From an uncultured Elusimicrobia bacterium (GTDB lineage: Bacteria; Elusimicrobiota; Elusimicrobia; FEN-1173): a stretch of DNA of 64,000 bases. The notes under the pieces are model-generated. The model saw nothing but the letters and a program-made list of their open reading frames with translations. It had not been told where the DNA came from and did no database searches. Both the position numbers and the translations under genes were made by a program. How positions within the stretch are numbered: the stretch's first letter is position 1; each line of letters starts with the position of its first letter. Positions 26,283 to 33,869 of this stretch are shown in pieces. The DNA lies in assembly GCA_964482515.1 (NCBI GenBank), contig CAYZXT010000009.1:16251-80250 (forward strand). Direction: 5' to 3'.

Positions 26283-26340
26283 CCTCCCAATCTTCATCCT
26301 CCCTCCCGCGGTTCTTCAGAATCAAAAAGTAACCTTTCCT
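26283..26340 (+). promoter_or_regulatory. Conserved ORF6N leader, copy C
   Basis: cttcctcccaatcttcatcctccctcccgcggttcttcagaatcaaaaagtaacctttcctgcgg. Confidence 0.5.
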
Positions 26341-26530
26341 GCGGTTCCCGGAAGATTTCGCATTTCGCCTGAATAAAGAGGAATATGAGTCTTTAAGATT
26401 CCAAACTGGAATCTTAAAGAGAGGACAGCACGCCAAGTATCTGCCATTGGTATTCACTGAGCAAGGCGTTGCCATGCTCTCGAGCGTTCTCCGGAGCAAA
26501 CAGGCGGTTCAAGTGAACATCGCCATCATG
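26341..26530 (+). pseudogene. Truncated ORF6N-domain gene fragment (third paralog)
   Basis: My in-frame translation gives [64 protein letters not shown]. It lacks the N-terminal IRG(Q/R)KVMLD half and has no proper start or stop. It contains the 31-bp palindrome 26390-26420 (tctttaagattcca-aac-tggaatcttaaaga). Confidence 0.5.
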
Positions 26531-26577
26531 CGAGTTCCCCTACTCCCTTGATAGTAAGTAGCTTATAAACTACACTT

Positions 26578-26925
26578 ATGGAGGCCGGGTTGGAAATCAA
26601 ACCCCTGAAGATTGAATATTATTACGCGAGGGATGGCCGGGTTCCCTATAGGGAATGGTTTTATTCCTTGAAAGATATGAAAACCCGGCAGATTATCATT
26701 GCACGCTTAACGCGGGTGGAGCGGGGATTGTTGGGAGATTCTAAGTCCATTGGTTCGGGCGTTCATGAACTCCGGATTGATAAAGGACCAGGATATCGTA
26801 TTTATTTTGGACGACAGGGCGATCACGTCATCCTGCTTTTATTAGGCGGCACTAAGAGCAGCCAAAGGAAAGACATTGAAAAAGCCCATGATTATTGGGT
26901 GGATTATTTAAGGAGACAAGGATGA
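26578..26925 (+). CDS. Addiction-module killer protein (RelE/ParE superfamily, TIGR02683-like)
   Basis: YREWFYSL...RLTRVERGLLGDSKSIGSGVHELRIDKGPGYRIYFGRQGDHVILLLLGGTKSSQRKDIEKAHDYWVDY. Confidence 0.7.
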   Translation: MEAGLEIKPLKIEYYYARDGRVPYREWFYSLKDMKTRQIIIARLTRVERGLLGDSKSIGSGVHELRIDKGPGYRIYFGRQGDHVILLLLGGTKSSQRKDIEKAHDYWVDYLRRQG

Positions 26926-27236
26926 AGAAGCCCACGTACCATGAAGATCTCATTGAAAGCTTGAAGGACCCTAAATACGCCTTGGGGTATCTGAACGCCT
27001 GTTTGGAAGATGAGGACGAAGGGGTGTTCCTCCTGGCATTGAAGCATGTGGCCGAAGCCCATGGCGGGTTGAGCGGACTGGCGAAGAAAACGGGATTGAA
27101 CCGGGAACATCTTTTTCGAATGTTGTCCAAGAACGGGAATCCGCGCCTGGAAAACCTGCGGCAGGTGGCCGGCGCGTTCGGGTGGAAGATCCGCTTCGTG
27201 GAGATGAAATCCCCGAAACTGCGCCGCGCCGCTTAA
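26922..27236 (+). CDS. Addiction-module antidote protein (HTH, TIGR02684-like)
   Basis: ATGA overlap with the toxin gene and an AGGAGA SD. LEDEDEGVFLLALKHVAEAHGGLSGLAKKTGLNREHLFRMLSKNGNPRLENLRQVAGAFG. Confidence 0.65.
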   Translation: MKKPTYHEDLIESLKDPKYALGYLNACLEDEDEGVFLLALKHVAEAHGGLSGLAKKTGLNREHLFRMLSKNGNPRLENLRQVAGAFGWKIRFVEMKSPKLRRAA

Positions 27237-27253
27237 GCCCCGCCCGGTTTCCG

Positions 27254-27451
27254 TCAGATTTCGAACTTGTGCCGTCCCACCAGCACGCTCTCCGCGTGCT
27301 CGATCCGGTAGGCCCCCGGGTCCCGCAGGAATTCCGCCTTGCACTCCGGGCTGCAGAAATAAACCGTCCAGCCGCCGGAGAGCGTTTGTTCCGTGTGCAG
27401 CGCGAAATCGAGCTGTCGTCCGCAAACAGGGTCTTTGACCATGGCGATCAC
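27254..27451 (-). CDS. YHS/TRASH-domain small metal-binding protein
   Basis: DPVCGRQLD...TVYFCSPECKAEFLRDPGAY fits the YHS motif (DPVCGM...Y.G..YYFCS..C...F). Confidence 0.55.
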   Translation of the reverse strand: MIAMVKDPVCGRQLDFALHTEQTLSGGWTVYFCSPECKAEFLRDPGAYRIEHAESVLVGRHKFEI

Positions 27452-27604
27452 CTCTGGAAAAAAATCGAAGGGGGGTCCTGTTGATTGGTGGGAAAGCGTG
27501 GGGGCGTCTCTACTTCTAGTTTAGCAAACCCGCCGGGGGATTGGTCGCCTGGACATAAGTTGTTTTCCGGGCAAGACTTATCCGCGAGTTCTATAATACT
27601 CCCC

Positions 27605-28528
27605 ATGCCCTCGAGCCGCACGTTTCAAAGGATGGTTTTGCTGGCCGCTTTCTTCGCGTCCGCGCCCGGATTTGTCTTCGCGGCGCCGGAGGAAGCGTCG
27701 ACCGCCGAACGGCAGCGGCACCACCAGCTGGGCGTCGACGTGGGGTCCGACGTCGATCCCGACATCCTGTCGCCCTCCGCGCCCCAGGGCCTCGACCGCC
27801 GCTTCGAGTGGGACTACCGCTTCGTGATCAGGGAAGATCGGGCGGGCGTCAACGCCCAATACCACAATCCCAAACGCCTTCAAAAACTCAGCTTCAGCTA
27901 CCGCCAACGCATGGACTTCCCCAGTCGCGCGGGGCTGGGCCCGACGCGAAACCGCCTGTACAAATCCCTCGGCCAGAAGACGCGCTCGCGGGACGTGAGC
28001 GGCTACGTGGCGGGATCCGCCTTGGTGTTGAACCCCTATTGGGGGATCAGCCTGGTGCACGACGAATATGTGAAAGACAACGCCAACGAGCTTTTCAACC
28101 AGCACGCCACGACCCTTGGGCTGGGCTACAGTCCCCTGGGCGACAACCGGGGCCGGCCCTGGAGCTACACCATTGATCCTTCCGTGACCTACGCGCGGTT
28201 CCACGGGCTCAAACCGGTGCCCAACCAGCATTGGGAAAGCTTCGGCTATTCCCTCGGATCAAGCTTCTATTACGGCCTCGACTGGGTCCGCGTTCCCCTC
28301 GGGCGGTCGTTCAAATTGGACCGCCTGAAGCTGAGCGTGTCCGTGTCCGACGCCGAGGTTTCGGACTTCGCGATCAACGGGGGCGTCGACCTGACGGCCT
28401 ACGCCACCCGCCACATCAAGCTGAAGCTGGGCGTCGAAAACAGCTACACGCCCGAAACGGGGAAGCATTCCTTCCGCCTGCGCGCGGGGCTGAGCCTGCG
28501 GCTGACCTGGTCCGACCTGAACTTCTGA
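27605..28528 (+). CDS. Outer membrane beta-barrel protein (DUF481-like)
   Basis: Signal MPSSRTFQRMVLLAAFFASAPGFVFAAPE. C-terminal ...LRLTWSDLNF. A TATAAT at 27592-27597 lies only ~7 nt before this ATG, so the mRNA may be leaderless. The track ORF begins at TTG 27485. Confidence 0.5.
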   Translation: MPSSRTFQRMVLLAAFFASAPGFVFAAPEEASTAERQRHHQLGVDVGSDVDPDILSPSAPQGLDRRFEWDYRFVIREDRAGVNAQYHNPKRLQKLSFSYRQRMDFPSRAGLGPTRNRLYKSLGQKTRSRDVSGYVAGSALVLNPYWGISLVHDEYVKDNANELFNQHATTLGLGYSPLGDNRGRPWSYTIDPSVTYARFHGLKPVPNQHWESFGYSLGSSFYYGLDWVRVPLGRSFKLDRLKLSVSVSDAEVSDFAINGGVDLTAYATRHIKLKLGVENSYTPETGKHSFRLRAGLSLRLTWSDLNF

Positions 28529-28539
28529 CGATAAACACT

Positions 28540-28563
28540 GTTGCCGCATCGTGCGGCTTTTGG
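28540..28563 (+). terminator. Rho-independent terminator after the OMP gene
   Basis: GCCGCAtcgTGCGGCttttgg. Confidence 0.45.
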
Positions 28564-28634
28564 TATCTTTCCTCCGTGCCGTCCATCCCCGGCCCGACTC
28601 TCCCCACTCAAAAGAAAATGGAACCCATCTAAAC

Positions 28635-29531
28635 ATGCAAAACCGACACCAAGACGATAACGAACGCCGGTTCTACGCCGGACAAGCCGTCGATCCCTCG
28701 CCCCGCATCCGCCTCGAAGACGGCAGCTCGGAGCTGACCATGCGCGCCATGGACCTGGTGAGCCCCATCGGCATGGGGCAGCGCGGCTACATCGTCGCGC
28801 CGCCGGGTTCCGGCAAGACCACTTTCCTCAAGCACATCTGCAACGCCGTGGCGAAGTCCCACCCGGAGATCAAGCTTTACTGCCTGCTGATCAACGAGCG
28901 GCCGGAGGAAGTGACGGACTTCAAGCGGAGCGTGACGGCCGAAGTGCGGGCGTCGTCCTCCGACGAGAGCTACGAGCACCACGCGCAGATGGCGGACGCG
29001 CTGATGCGGCAGGCCATCCGCGAGGCGGGCGAGGGGAAAAACGTGATGATCGTGATCGATTCGCTGACGCGGCTGGCGCGGGTGCACAACGCGCAGCGGC
29101 ATTCCAGCGGGCGCACCATGTCCGGCGGCCTGGACTCCGGGGCGCTGGAAATCCCGCGGCGGATCTTCGGCGCGGCGCGGAAGATCGAGAACGGCGGTTC
29201 CCTGACGATCCTGGCGACGGTGCTCGTGGAGACCGGCAGCCGAATGGACGACGTGATCTTCGAGGAGTTCAAGGGCACGGGCAACATGGAAATATTTCTG
29301 TCGCGGGAGATGTCCAGCCTGCGGATCTTCCCGGCGGTGGACATCGCCAAGAGCGGCACCCGCAAGGAAGAGCTGCTGTTCGACGCCGACGAGCTCGACG
29401 CGGTGCGGAAACTGCGCCGGGCGCTGTCCCAGATGAAGCCCGTGGACGCGGCGCGGGAGCTCGTCGACCAGTTGAAAAGCTATCCCACCAACAAGGCGTT
29501 CCTCGCCGCGGTCAAAAGCTCCGGGATTTAA
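28635..29531 (+). CDS. rho: Rho-like hexameric ATPase: Rho C-terminal (RecA-type) domain only, lacking the N-terminal RNA-binding domain
   Basis: MDLVSPIGMGQRGYIVAPPGSGKTTFLKHICNAVAKSHPEIKLYCLLINERPEEVTDFKRSV...VMIVIDSLTRLARVHN...ENGGSLTILATVLVETGSRMDDVIFEEFKGTGNMEIFLSREMSSLRIFPAVDIAKSGTRKEELLF aligns almost residue-for-residue with the E. coli Rho Q-loop, P-loop and R-loop region. Only ~45 aa precede the IGxGQRG motif; full-length Rho has ~150. Confidence 0.75.
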   Translation: MQNRHQDDNERRFYAGQAVDPSPRIRLEDGSSELTMRAMDLVSPIGMGQRGYIVAPPGSGKTTFLKHICNAVAKSHPEIKLYCLLINERPEEVTDFKRSVTAEVRASSSDESYEHHAQMADALMRQAIREAGEGKNVMIVIDSLTRLARVHNAQRHSSGRTMSGGLDSGALEIPRRIFGAARKIENGGSLTILATVLVETGSRMDDVIFEEFKGTGNMEIFLSREMSSLRIFPAVDIAKSGTRKEELLFDADELDAVRKLRRALSQMKPVDAARELVDQLKSYPTNKAFLAAVKSSGI

Positions 29532-29554
29532 CCCTCCGAAACGGCAAACCTGCC

Positions 29555-30085
29555 ATGGAACTCAAAAGCGTCGCGGCAACCCTGAAGCGATGGGGGATGA
29601 TCGTCCTCGGCGCGTCGGTCATATTTTCATTTTGCGCGGGCATCGTGACGATGCTCGGCGCGGTCAACGAATTGCGCCTGATGAAGGCGGCCCGCTCCTG
29701 GGAAGGGCGTCCCGGGATCATCCGGGTGTCCTACGCGCGCGAACTCCGGGGCCCCGCCGTCAAGAAACCCCGTTGGAAGGTGGAAGCGGCGGGGGATTAC
29801 GCCGACGGATCGGGGTCCTTCGCCGTCATGCGTTTGGCGTACGGGTTCGGCAACGGCGGCGGCACGCGGAGGCGCGGCGCGGAAGCGGCGGCGAAGCGTT
29901 ATCCTCCGGGGACGGAACTGACGGTCTATCCCGCGCCCGGACGTCCGAAATGGGTTGTCCTGGACAACGACCCGCCCGCGCGGCTCACGTACGCCGGGCT
30001 GTTGGCGGGGTTCGCGGGGGCGCTGCTGCCTTTTATTTTGTTCTTCCTGGGAACTTTCCGGCGCCGGGCCCGTTCTCAGGGATGA
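29555..30085 (+). CDS. Membrane protein (DUF3592-like, two TM helices flanking a beta domain)
   Basis: N- and C-terminal TM helices. The central region is RVSYARELRGPAVKKPRWKVEAAGDY. Confidence 0.4.
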   Translation: MELKSVAATLKRWGMIVLGASVIFSFCAGIVTMLGAVNELRLMKAARSWEGRPGIIRVSYARELRGPAVKKPRWKVEAAGDYADGSGSFAVMRLAYGFGNGGGTRRRGAEAAAKRYPPGTELTVYPAPGRPKWVVLDNDPPARLTYAGLLAGFAGALLPFILFFLGTFRRRARSQG

Positions 30086-30115
30086 TATACCTCACATTCT
30101 AATTTAGGTATTCTC

Positions 30116-30144
30116 TTGACAAGAATAATGTTTCCTGGTATAAA
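30116..30144 (+). promoter_or_regulatory. Sigma70-type promoter of the hspR-hsp20 operon, with an overlapping 11-bp palindrome
   Basis: TTGACA (30116-30121), a 17-nt spacer, then TATAAA(AT) (30139-30146). The palindrome TCTTGaCAAGA overlaps the -35 and is a possible HspR operator. Confidence 0.55.
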
Positions 30145-30168
30145 ATAACCGTCGCCAGGAGGCGGGCC

Positions 30169-30501
30169 ATGGGCAGGGTCGCGGTCTATTCGGTTTCGGT
30201 GGTCAAGCGGGAGAGGAACACTCCGGTCTACAACATCGGCGTGATGTCGCGGCTGACCGGGCTTCCCGTGCACACGCTGCGGTGGATCGAGCAGCAGGGG
30301 CTGATCTCCCCGTTCCGGACCGACGGAAACCAAAGGCTCTTTTCGGAGGAGGATGCGGACTTGATCCAGCGGATCCGCGAGTTGATGGACCAGCACGTCA
30401 ACCTGCCGGGGATTCGGATCATCCTCCAGCTGAAGACGGGAAAAGCCGGGGCTTCCCGGCCGGCGCAGAAAACAAAACGGCCAGCCCGACCGCCCAAGTA
30501 G
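30169..30501 (+). CDS. hspR: MerR-family heat-shock repressor HspR
   Basis: YNIGVMSRLTGLPVHTLRWIEQQGLISPFRTDGNQRLFSEEDADLIQRIRELMDQHVNLPGIRIIL. GGAGG SD 7 nt upstream of the ATG. Confidence 0.65.
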   Translation: MGRVAVYSVSVVKRERNTPVYNIGVMSRLTGLPVHTLRWIEQQGLISPFRTDGNQRLFSEEDADLIQRIRELMDQHVNLPGIRIILQLKTGKAGASRPAQKTKRPARPPK

Positions 30502-30573
30502 GGTCTATATTTTTTTACCGCATAAATGGCACTCGCGTCGCGTGAGTGCCAGAACAAAAAGGAGGTAACCGCC

Positions 30574-31005
30574 ATGCTGTTAGCAGAACTCACCAACAAA
30601 ATCTGGGATCCGCTTGAGGCCGTCAGCCAGATCCGCAACGAGATGAACCGGATGTTCCGGGAGAGGACCGGGTTCCCGGCCTTCCCCGCCTTGAACATTT
30701 GGGCGGGCGAAAACCAGGCCGTCGTCACGGCCGAGATGCCGGGCGTCGATCCCCAGGACATCGACATATCCGTGGAGGAGAACGTCCTCTATTTGTCGGG
30801 CTCCCGGAAATGGGACGAGCCGAAGGCGGAAGACGTCGTCCATCGGGTCGAATGTCCCAACGGTTCTTTCAGCCGCACGCTGAAGCTGCCGTTCCGCGTG
30901 GACGCGGATCGCATCCAGGCGACCTGTTCCAAGGGCGTCCTCACCGTCGTCTTGCCGCGCGCGGAGCAGGACAAGCCGAAAAAAATCCAAGTGAAAGCGG
31001 CCTAA
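30574..31005 (+). CDS. Hsp20/alpha-crystallin small heat-shock protein
   Basis: AGGAGG SD before the ATG at 30574. NIWAGENQAVVTAEMPGVDPQDIDISVEENVLYLSGSRK...FSRTLKLP...GVLTVVLPR. Confidence 0.75.
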   Translation: MLLAELTNKIWDPLEAVSQIRNEMNRMFRERTGFPAFPALNIWAGENQAVVTAEMPGVDPQDIDISVEENVLYLSGSRKWDEPKAEDVVHRVECPNGSFSRTLKLPFRVDADRIQATCSKGVLTVVLPRAEQDKPKKIQVKAA

Positions 31006-31028
31006 AAGCCGGAAGGAGGAGATGAGTT

Positions 31029-31421
31029 ATGTCCAACAATATGACCGTGCAGCAAAGCCAGGAAACCCAGCCCGTCCGGGCGGAGCGGAAGGTGTTCGTG
31101 CCCGCCGTGAACATCTACGAGACGAAGGAAAACATCGTGCTCATGGCGGACATGCCGGGCGTGGATGAAAACAGTGTCGACATCACGCTGGAGAACGACG
31201 TGCTGACCGTGCAGGGACGGTCGTCGGTGGAGGCGCCCCGGGGGCTTGAGCCGGCCTACGCCGAGTATTCCTCGGGCGACTACCGCCGCTCCTTCACGCT
31301 CTCGGCGAACCAGATCAACCGGGACGGCATCGAGGCCGCGCTGAAGAACGGCGTGCTGAAGGTGACGCTGCCCAAGACCGAGGCCGTGAAGCCGAAGAAG
31401 ATCGCGGTGAGGGTGGAATAG
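31029..31421 (+). CDS. Hsp20/alpha-crystallin small heat-shock protein (second copy)
   Basis: VNIYETKENIVLMADMPGVDENSVDITLENDVLTVQG...FTLSANQINRDGIEAALKNGVLKVTLPK. Confidence 0.75.
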   Translation: MSNNMTVQQSQETQPVRAERKVFVPAVNIYETKENIVLMADMPGVDENSVDITLENDVLTVQGRSSVEAPRGLEPAYAEYSSGDYRRSFTLSANQINRDGIEAALKNGVLKVTLPKTEAVKPKKIAVRVE

Positions 31422-31445
31422 GGCCCGCGCGCCGGCGCCAAAAGA

Positions 31446-31482
31446 AAAGACCCCGCTGCCGAGGCACGGGGTCTTTTTTTAT
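31446..31482. terminator. Bidirectional rho-independent terminator
   Basis: aaaagaaaaGACCCCGctgccgaggcaCGGGGTCttttttt. Confidence 0.65.
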
Positions 31483-31527
31483 AAGCGGCGCTTCAACGAA
31501 TCTTTATGGCGACGGGCGGTTTGACGC

Positions 31528-31935
31528 TCAGGGGCCGTAGACGGTCCTGATCCGGCAGCGGAGCTCGAAGCCGCAGGGTTCCTTGGAGCCGTCGAACAGG
31601 GTCTCCATGCAAGTGCCCCGGCTTTCCGAAGAGGTCTCTCCGCCCTCGATGACGGACTTGATCTTGCCGGCGAGGTCGAAGGACCCGTGCCCGCAGCGTC
31701 CGGGGCAGGGGACGGTGAAATCGCACTGGTCCCCGGGAGTGTAGACGCGCGTCTGGTTGTCCATCAAATGTTGCTGCGGCGTGCGGAACTCCAGGTCCAC
31801 GGTCAATTTCTGGACGGAGGGATACCGCTCGCGGAGCGGTCCGATGGAGCGCGCCATCTTCTCGCGCATCACCTTCTGCTCGTTCTTGTTGGGGCCGGCG
31901 GGGGCCCGGCGTTTCTTTTTAAACGGTTGCGCCAT
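31528..31935 (-). CDS. Hypothetical protein with a Cys-rich motif (CDFTVPCPGRCGHGSFD)
   Basis: 135-aa ORF with GC3-rich codons. No family recognised. Confidence 0.35.
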   Translation of the reverse strand: MAQPFKKKRRAPAGPNKNEQKVMREKMARSIGPLRERYPSVQKLTVDLEFRTPQQHLMDNQTRVYTPGDQCDFTVPCPGRCGHGSFDLAGKIKSVIEGGETSSESRGTCMETLFDGSKEPCGFELRCRIRTVYGP

Positions 31936-31962
31936 GTCTCGTGTCTTCCTATCTCTTGAGTT

Positions 31963-33207
31963 TTACTTCCACCGTCGCCGGTGTTGTTGTGGTTTCTGGT
32001 GCTGATGGTGTCCGTGGGAAGAATGCCGGTTGTGGTGCTGCCCCGGGCGGCTGGAGGACGCGTTCACGGGCAGCCTGGGCGGGTTGTTGTACCGGAAGTC
32101 CGGCACCACGGCCCGCGGGAAGACGACCCGGATGAACCGCTCGATGGCCTTCAGGAAACTTTCCTCCGACGGATCGTAGAGCGTGATGGCGTCGCCCACG
32201 CCGTAGGCCCGGGCGGTGCGTCCGACCCGGTGGACGTAGTCCTCGGGGTGGCGGGGCACGTCGAAGTTCACCACGTGGCTGATGTGGCGCACGTCGATGC
32301 CGCGCGCCGCGATGTCGGTGGCCACCAGGATCTGCGTGCGGCCGTGGCGGAAATCCTCCATGGCGGTGACGCGCTGGTTCTGGGACCTGTTGGAGTGCAG
32401 CGTGCCGACGCGGTAGCCCTTTTGCTGGAGCCGCTTCGCCACCTTGTCCGCGCCGTGCTTGGTCCGCATGAACACCAGGACCGATTTCATTTCCGTGGAA
32501 GACAGCAGCGTTTCCAAGAGCTCGAACTTCTGCGATTGGATCACGGGGTAGGCGATCTGGGCGATGCCCTCGGCCACCGTGGTCGGCTTGGAGATCTGGA
32601 TGCGCAGCGGGTTGTGCATGGCGAAGGCCGCGATGCGCTCGATCTCGTCGTGGAGCGTGGCGGAGAAAAGCTGCGTCTGCCGCTGTTTCGGGACGCGGCC
32701 CAGGATGGCCTTGATGTCCGGCAGGAAACCCATGTCGAGCATGCGGTCCGCTTCGTCGAGGATCAGGTGTTCCACGCGGTCCAGGTTGAAACTGCCGCGC
32801 TTCAGGTGATCGAGGAGGCGTCCGGGCGTGGCGACCAGAATGCCGGCGCCGTGCCGAACCGCCGAGACCTGGGGCCCGTATCCCACGCCGCCGATGACCA
32901 CGGCGACTTTCATGTGGGTGAACTTGGCGCATTCCCTCACCGTCTGCTCGACTTGCGCCGCGAGCTCCCGCGTGGGGACCAGGATCAGCGCCCGGAGCCC
33001 GGGCTTCGGGTTCTTGAGGAGATGGTTCAGGAGGGGGAGCGTGAAGGCCGCGGTCTTTCCGCCGCCGGTCTGGGCGCAGCCGAGGATGTCGCGGCCTTCC
33101 AGCGCCGACGGGATCGCCTGCGTTTGGATGGGGGTCGGTTCCTTGAACCCCATGGCGCCGACGGCGCGCACGAGGTCGTGATGAAGTCCTAGTTTTTGAA
33201 ATGGCAT
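31963..33207 (-). CDS. rhlE: DEAD-box ATP-dependent RNA helicase (RhlE-like)
   Basis: Q-motif FKEPTPIQ, motif I AQTGGGKT, PTRELA, DEAD in LILDEADRMLDMGF, SAT, HRVGRTAR. Basic His/Gln-rich C-terminal tail. Confidence 0.85.
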   Translation of the reverse strand: MPFQKLGLHHDLVRAVGAMGFKEPTPIQTQAIPSALEGRDILGCAQTGGGKTAAFTLPLLNHLLKNPKPGLRALILVPTRELAAQVEQTVRECAKFTHMKVAVVIGGVGYGPQVSAVRHGAGILVATPGRLLDHLKRGSFNLDRVEHLILDEADRMLDMGFLPDIKAILGRVPKQRQTQLFSATLHDEIERIAAFAMHNPLRIQISKPTTVAEGIAQIAYPVIQSQKFELLETLLSSTEMKSVLVFMRTKHGADKVAKRLQQKGYRVGTLHSNRSQNQRVTAMEDFRHGRTQILVATDIAARGIDVRHISHVVNFDVPRHPEDYVHRVGRTARAYGVGDAITLYDPSEESFLKAIERFIRVVFPRAVVPDFRYNNPPRLPVNASSSRPGQHHNRHSSHGHHQHQKPQQHRRRWK

Positions 33208-33231
33208 AGTGTCTGTGTGTTGGACCGGGGC

Positions 33232-33723
33232 CTACCAGCGCTCGGATCCACCTCCGTCGTTGCCGCCGCGTCGTCCGCCGTCCCGCCGCCCGCCGCGTCC
33301 GCCTCCGCGTCCACCGCGACCGCCTCCGCGTTCGCCGCCGCCGAACCCGCCGAAGCCACCGCCGCCCTGGCCGCCGCGATCGCCGAAGTCGCCGCCTTGT
33401 CCGCCGCGCCCTCCGCCGAAACCGCCGCCACCACCGCGTCCGCCGCCGAACCCGCCCCCGCCGCCGAAGCTGCGCTTCTCCATGGGACGGGCCTCATTGA
33501 CCACCAGGGTCCGCGATCCCATGGGGCTGCCGTGCATTTTTTGGATGGCCGTCGCCGCGTTTTCGTCCGACGTGATTTCCACGAACCCGAAGCCCTTGGA
33601 GCGCCCGGTCTCACGGTCCATGATCAGCTGTACTTTTCCCAACGGGCCAAATGGTTTAAACATCTCGAGCAGCTGGTCTTCGGTCACGTCGTAGGGCAGG
33701 CTGCCGACAAATAATTTTTTCAT
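33232..33723 (-). CDS. RRM-type RNA-binding protein with a Gly/Arg-rich tail
   Basis: RNP2 KLFVGSL and RNP1 KGFGFVE, then a C-terminal GGGGFGGGRGG repeat. Confidence 0.8.
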   Translation of the reverse strand: MKKLFVGSLPYDVTEDQLLEMFKPFGPLGKVQLIMDRETGRSKGFGFVEITSDENAATAIQKMHGSPMGSRTLVVNEARPMEKRSFGGGGGFGGGRGGGGGFGGGRGGQGGDFGDRGGQGGGGFGGFGGGERGGGRGGRGGGRGGRRDGGRRGGNDGGGSERW

Positions 33724-33869
33724 TTAATTCTCCTTTAAAAACGAAAACCGCAAAGGCCAAGGCCGTCGCGGTTGGTCCAATCCTATTTTTTAATGTGAGC
33801 GGCCAAGGCCGCCTTGTCTTTCACGGGGACATTCTAGCTTTTAAGTCGGAGGTCCGATAGGGGAGCGGA

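Noticed and set aside
30116-30126. HAIR (CTTGAGT-N7-ACTCAAG) or CIRCE elements upstream of the hspR-hsp20 operon
   Set aside because: Neither consensus is present. Only an 11-bp TCTTGaCAAGA palindrome overlapping the -35 was found, and it is reported within the promoter feature.
33209-33694. Pro-rich forward ORF (PPPRPPP...)
   Set aside because: Mirror-frame artefact of the GGN-repeat coding region of the Gly-rich RRM protein on the opposite strand.
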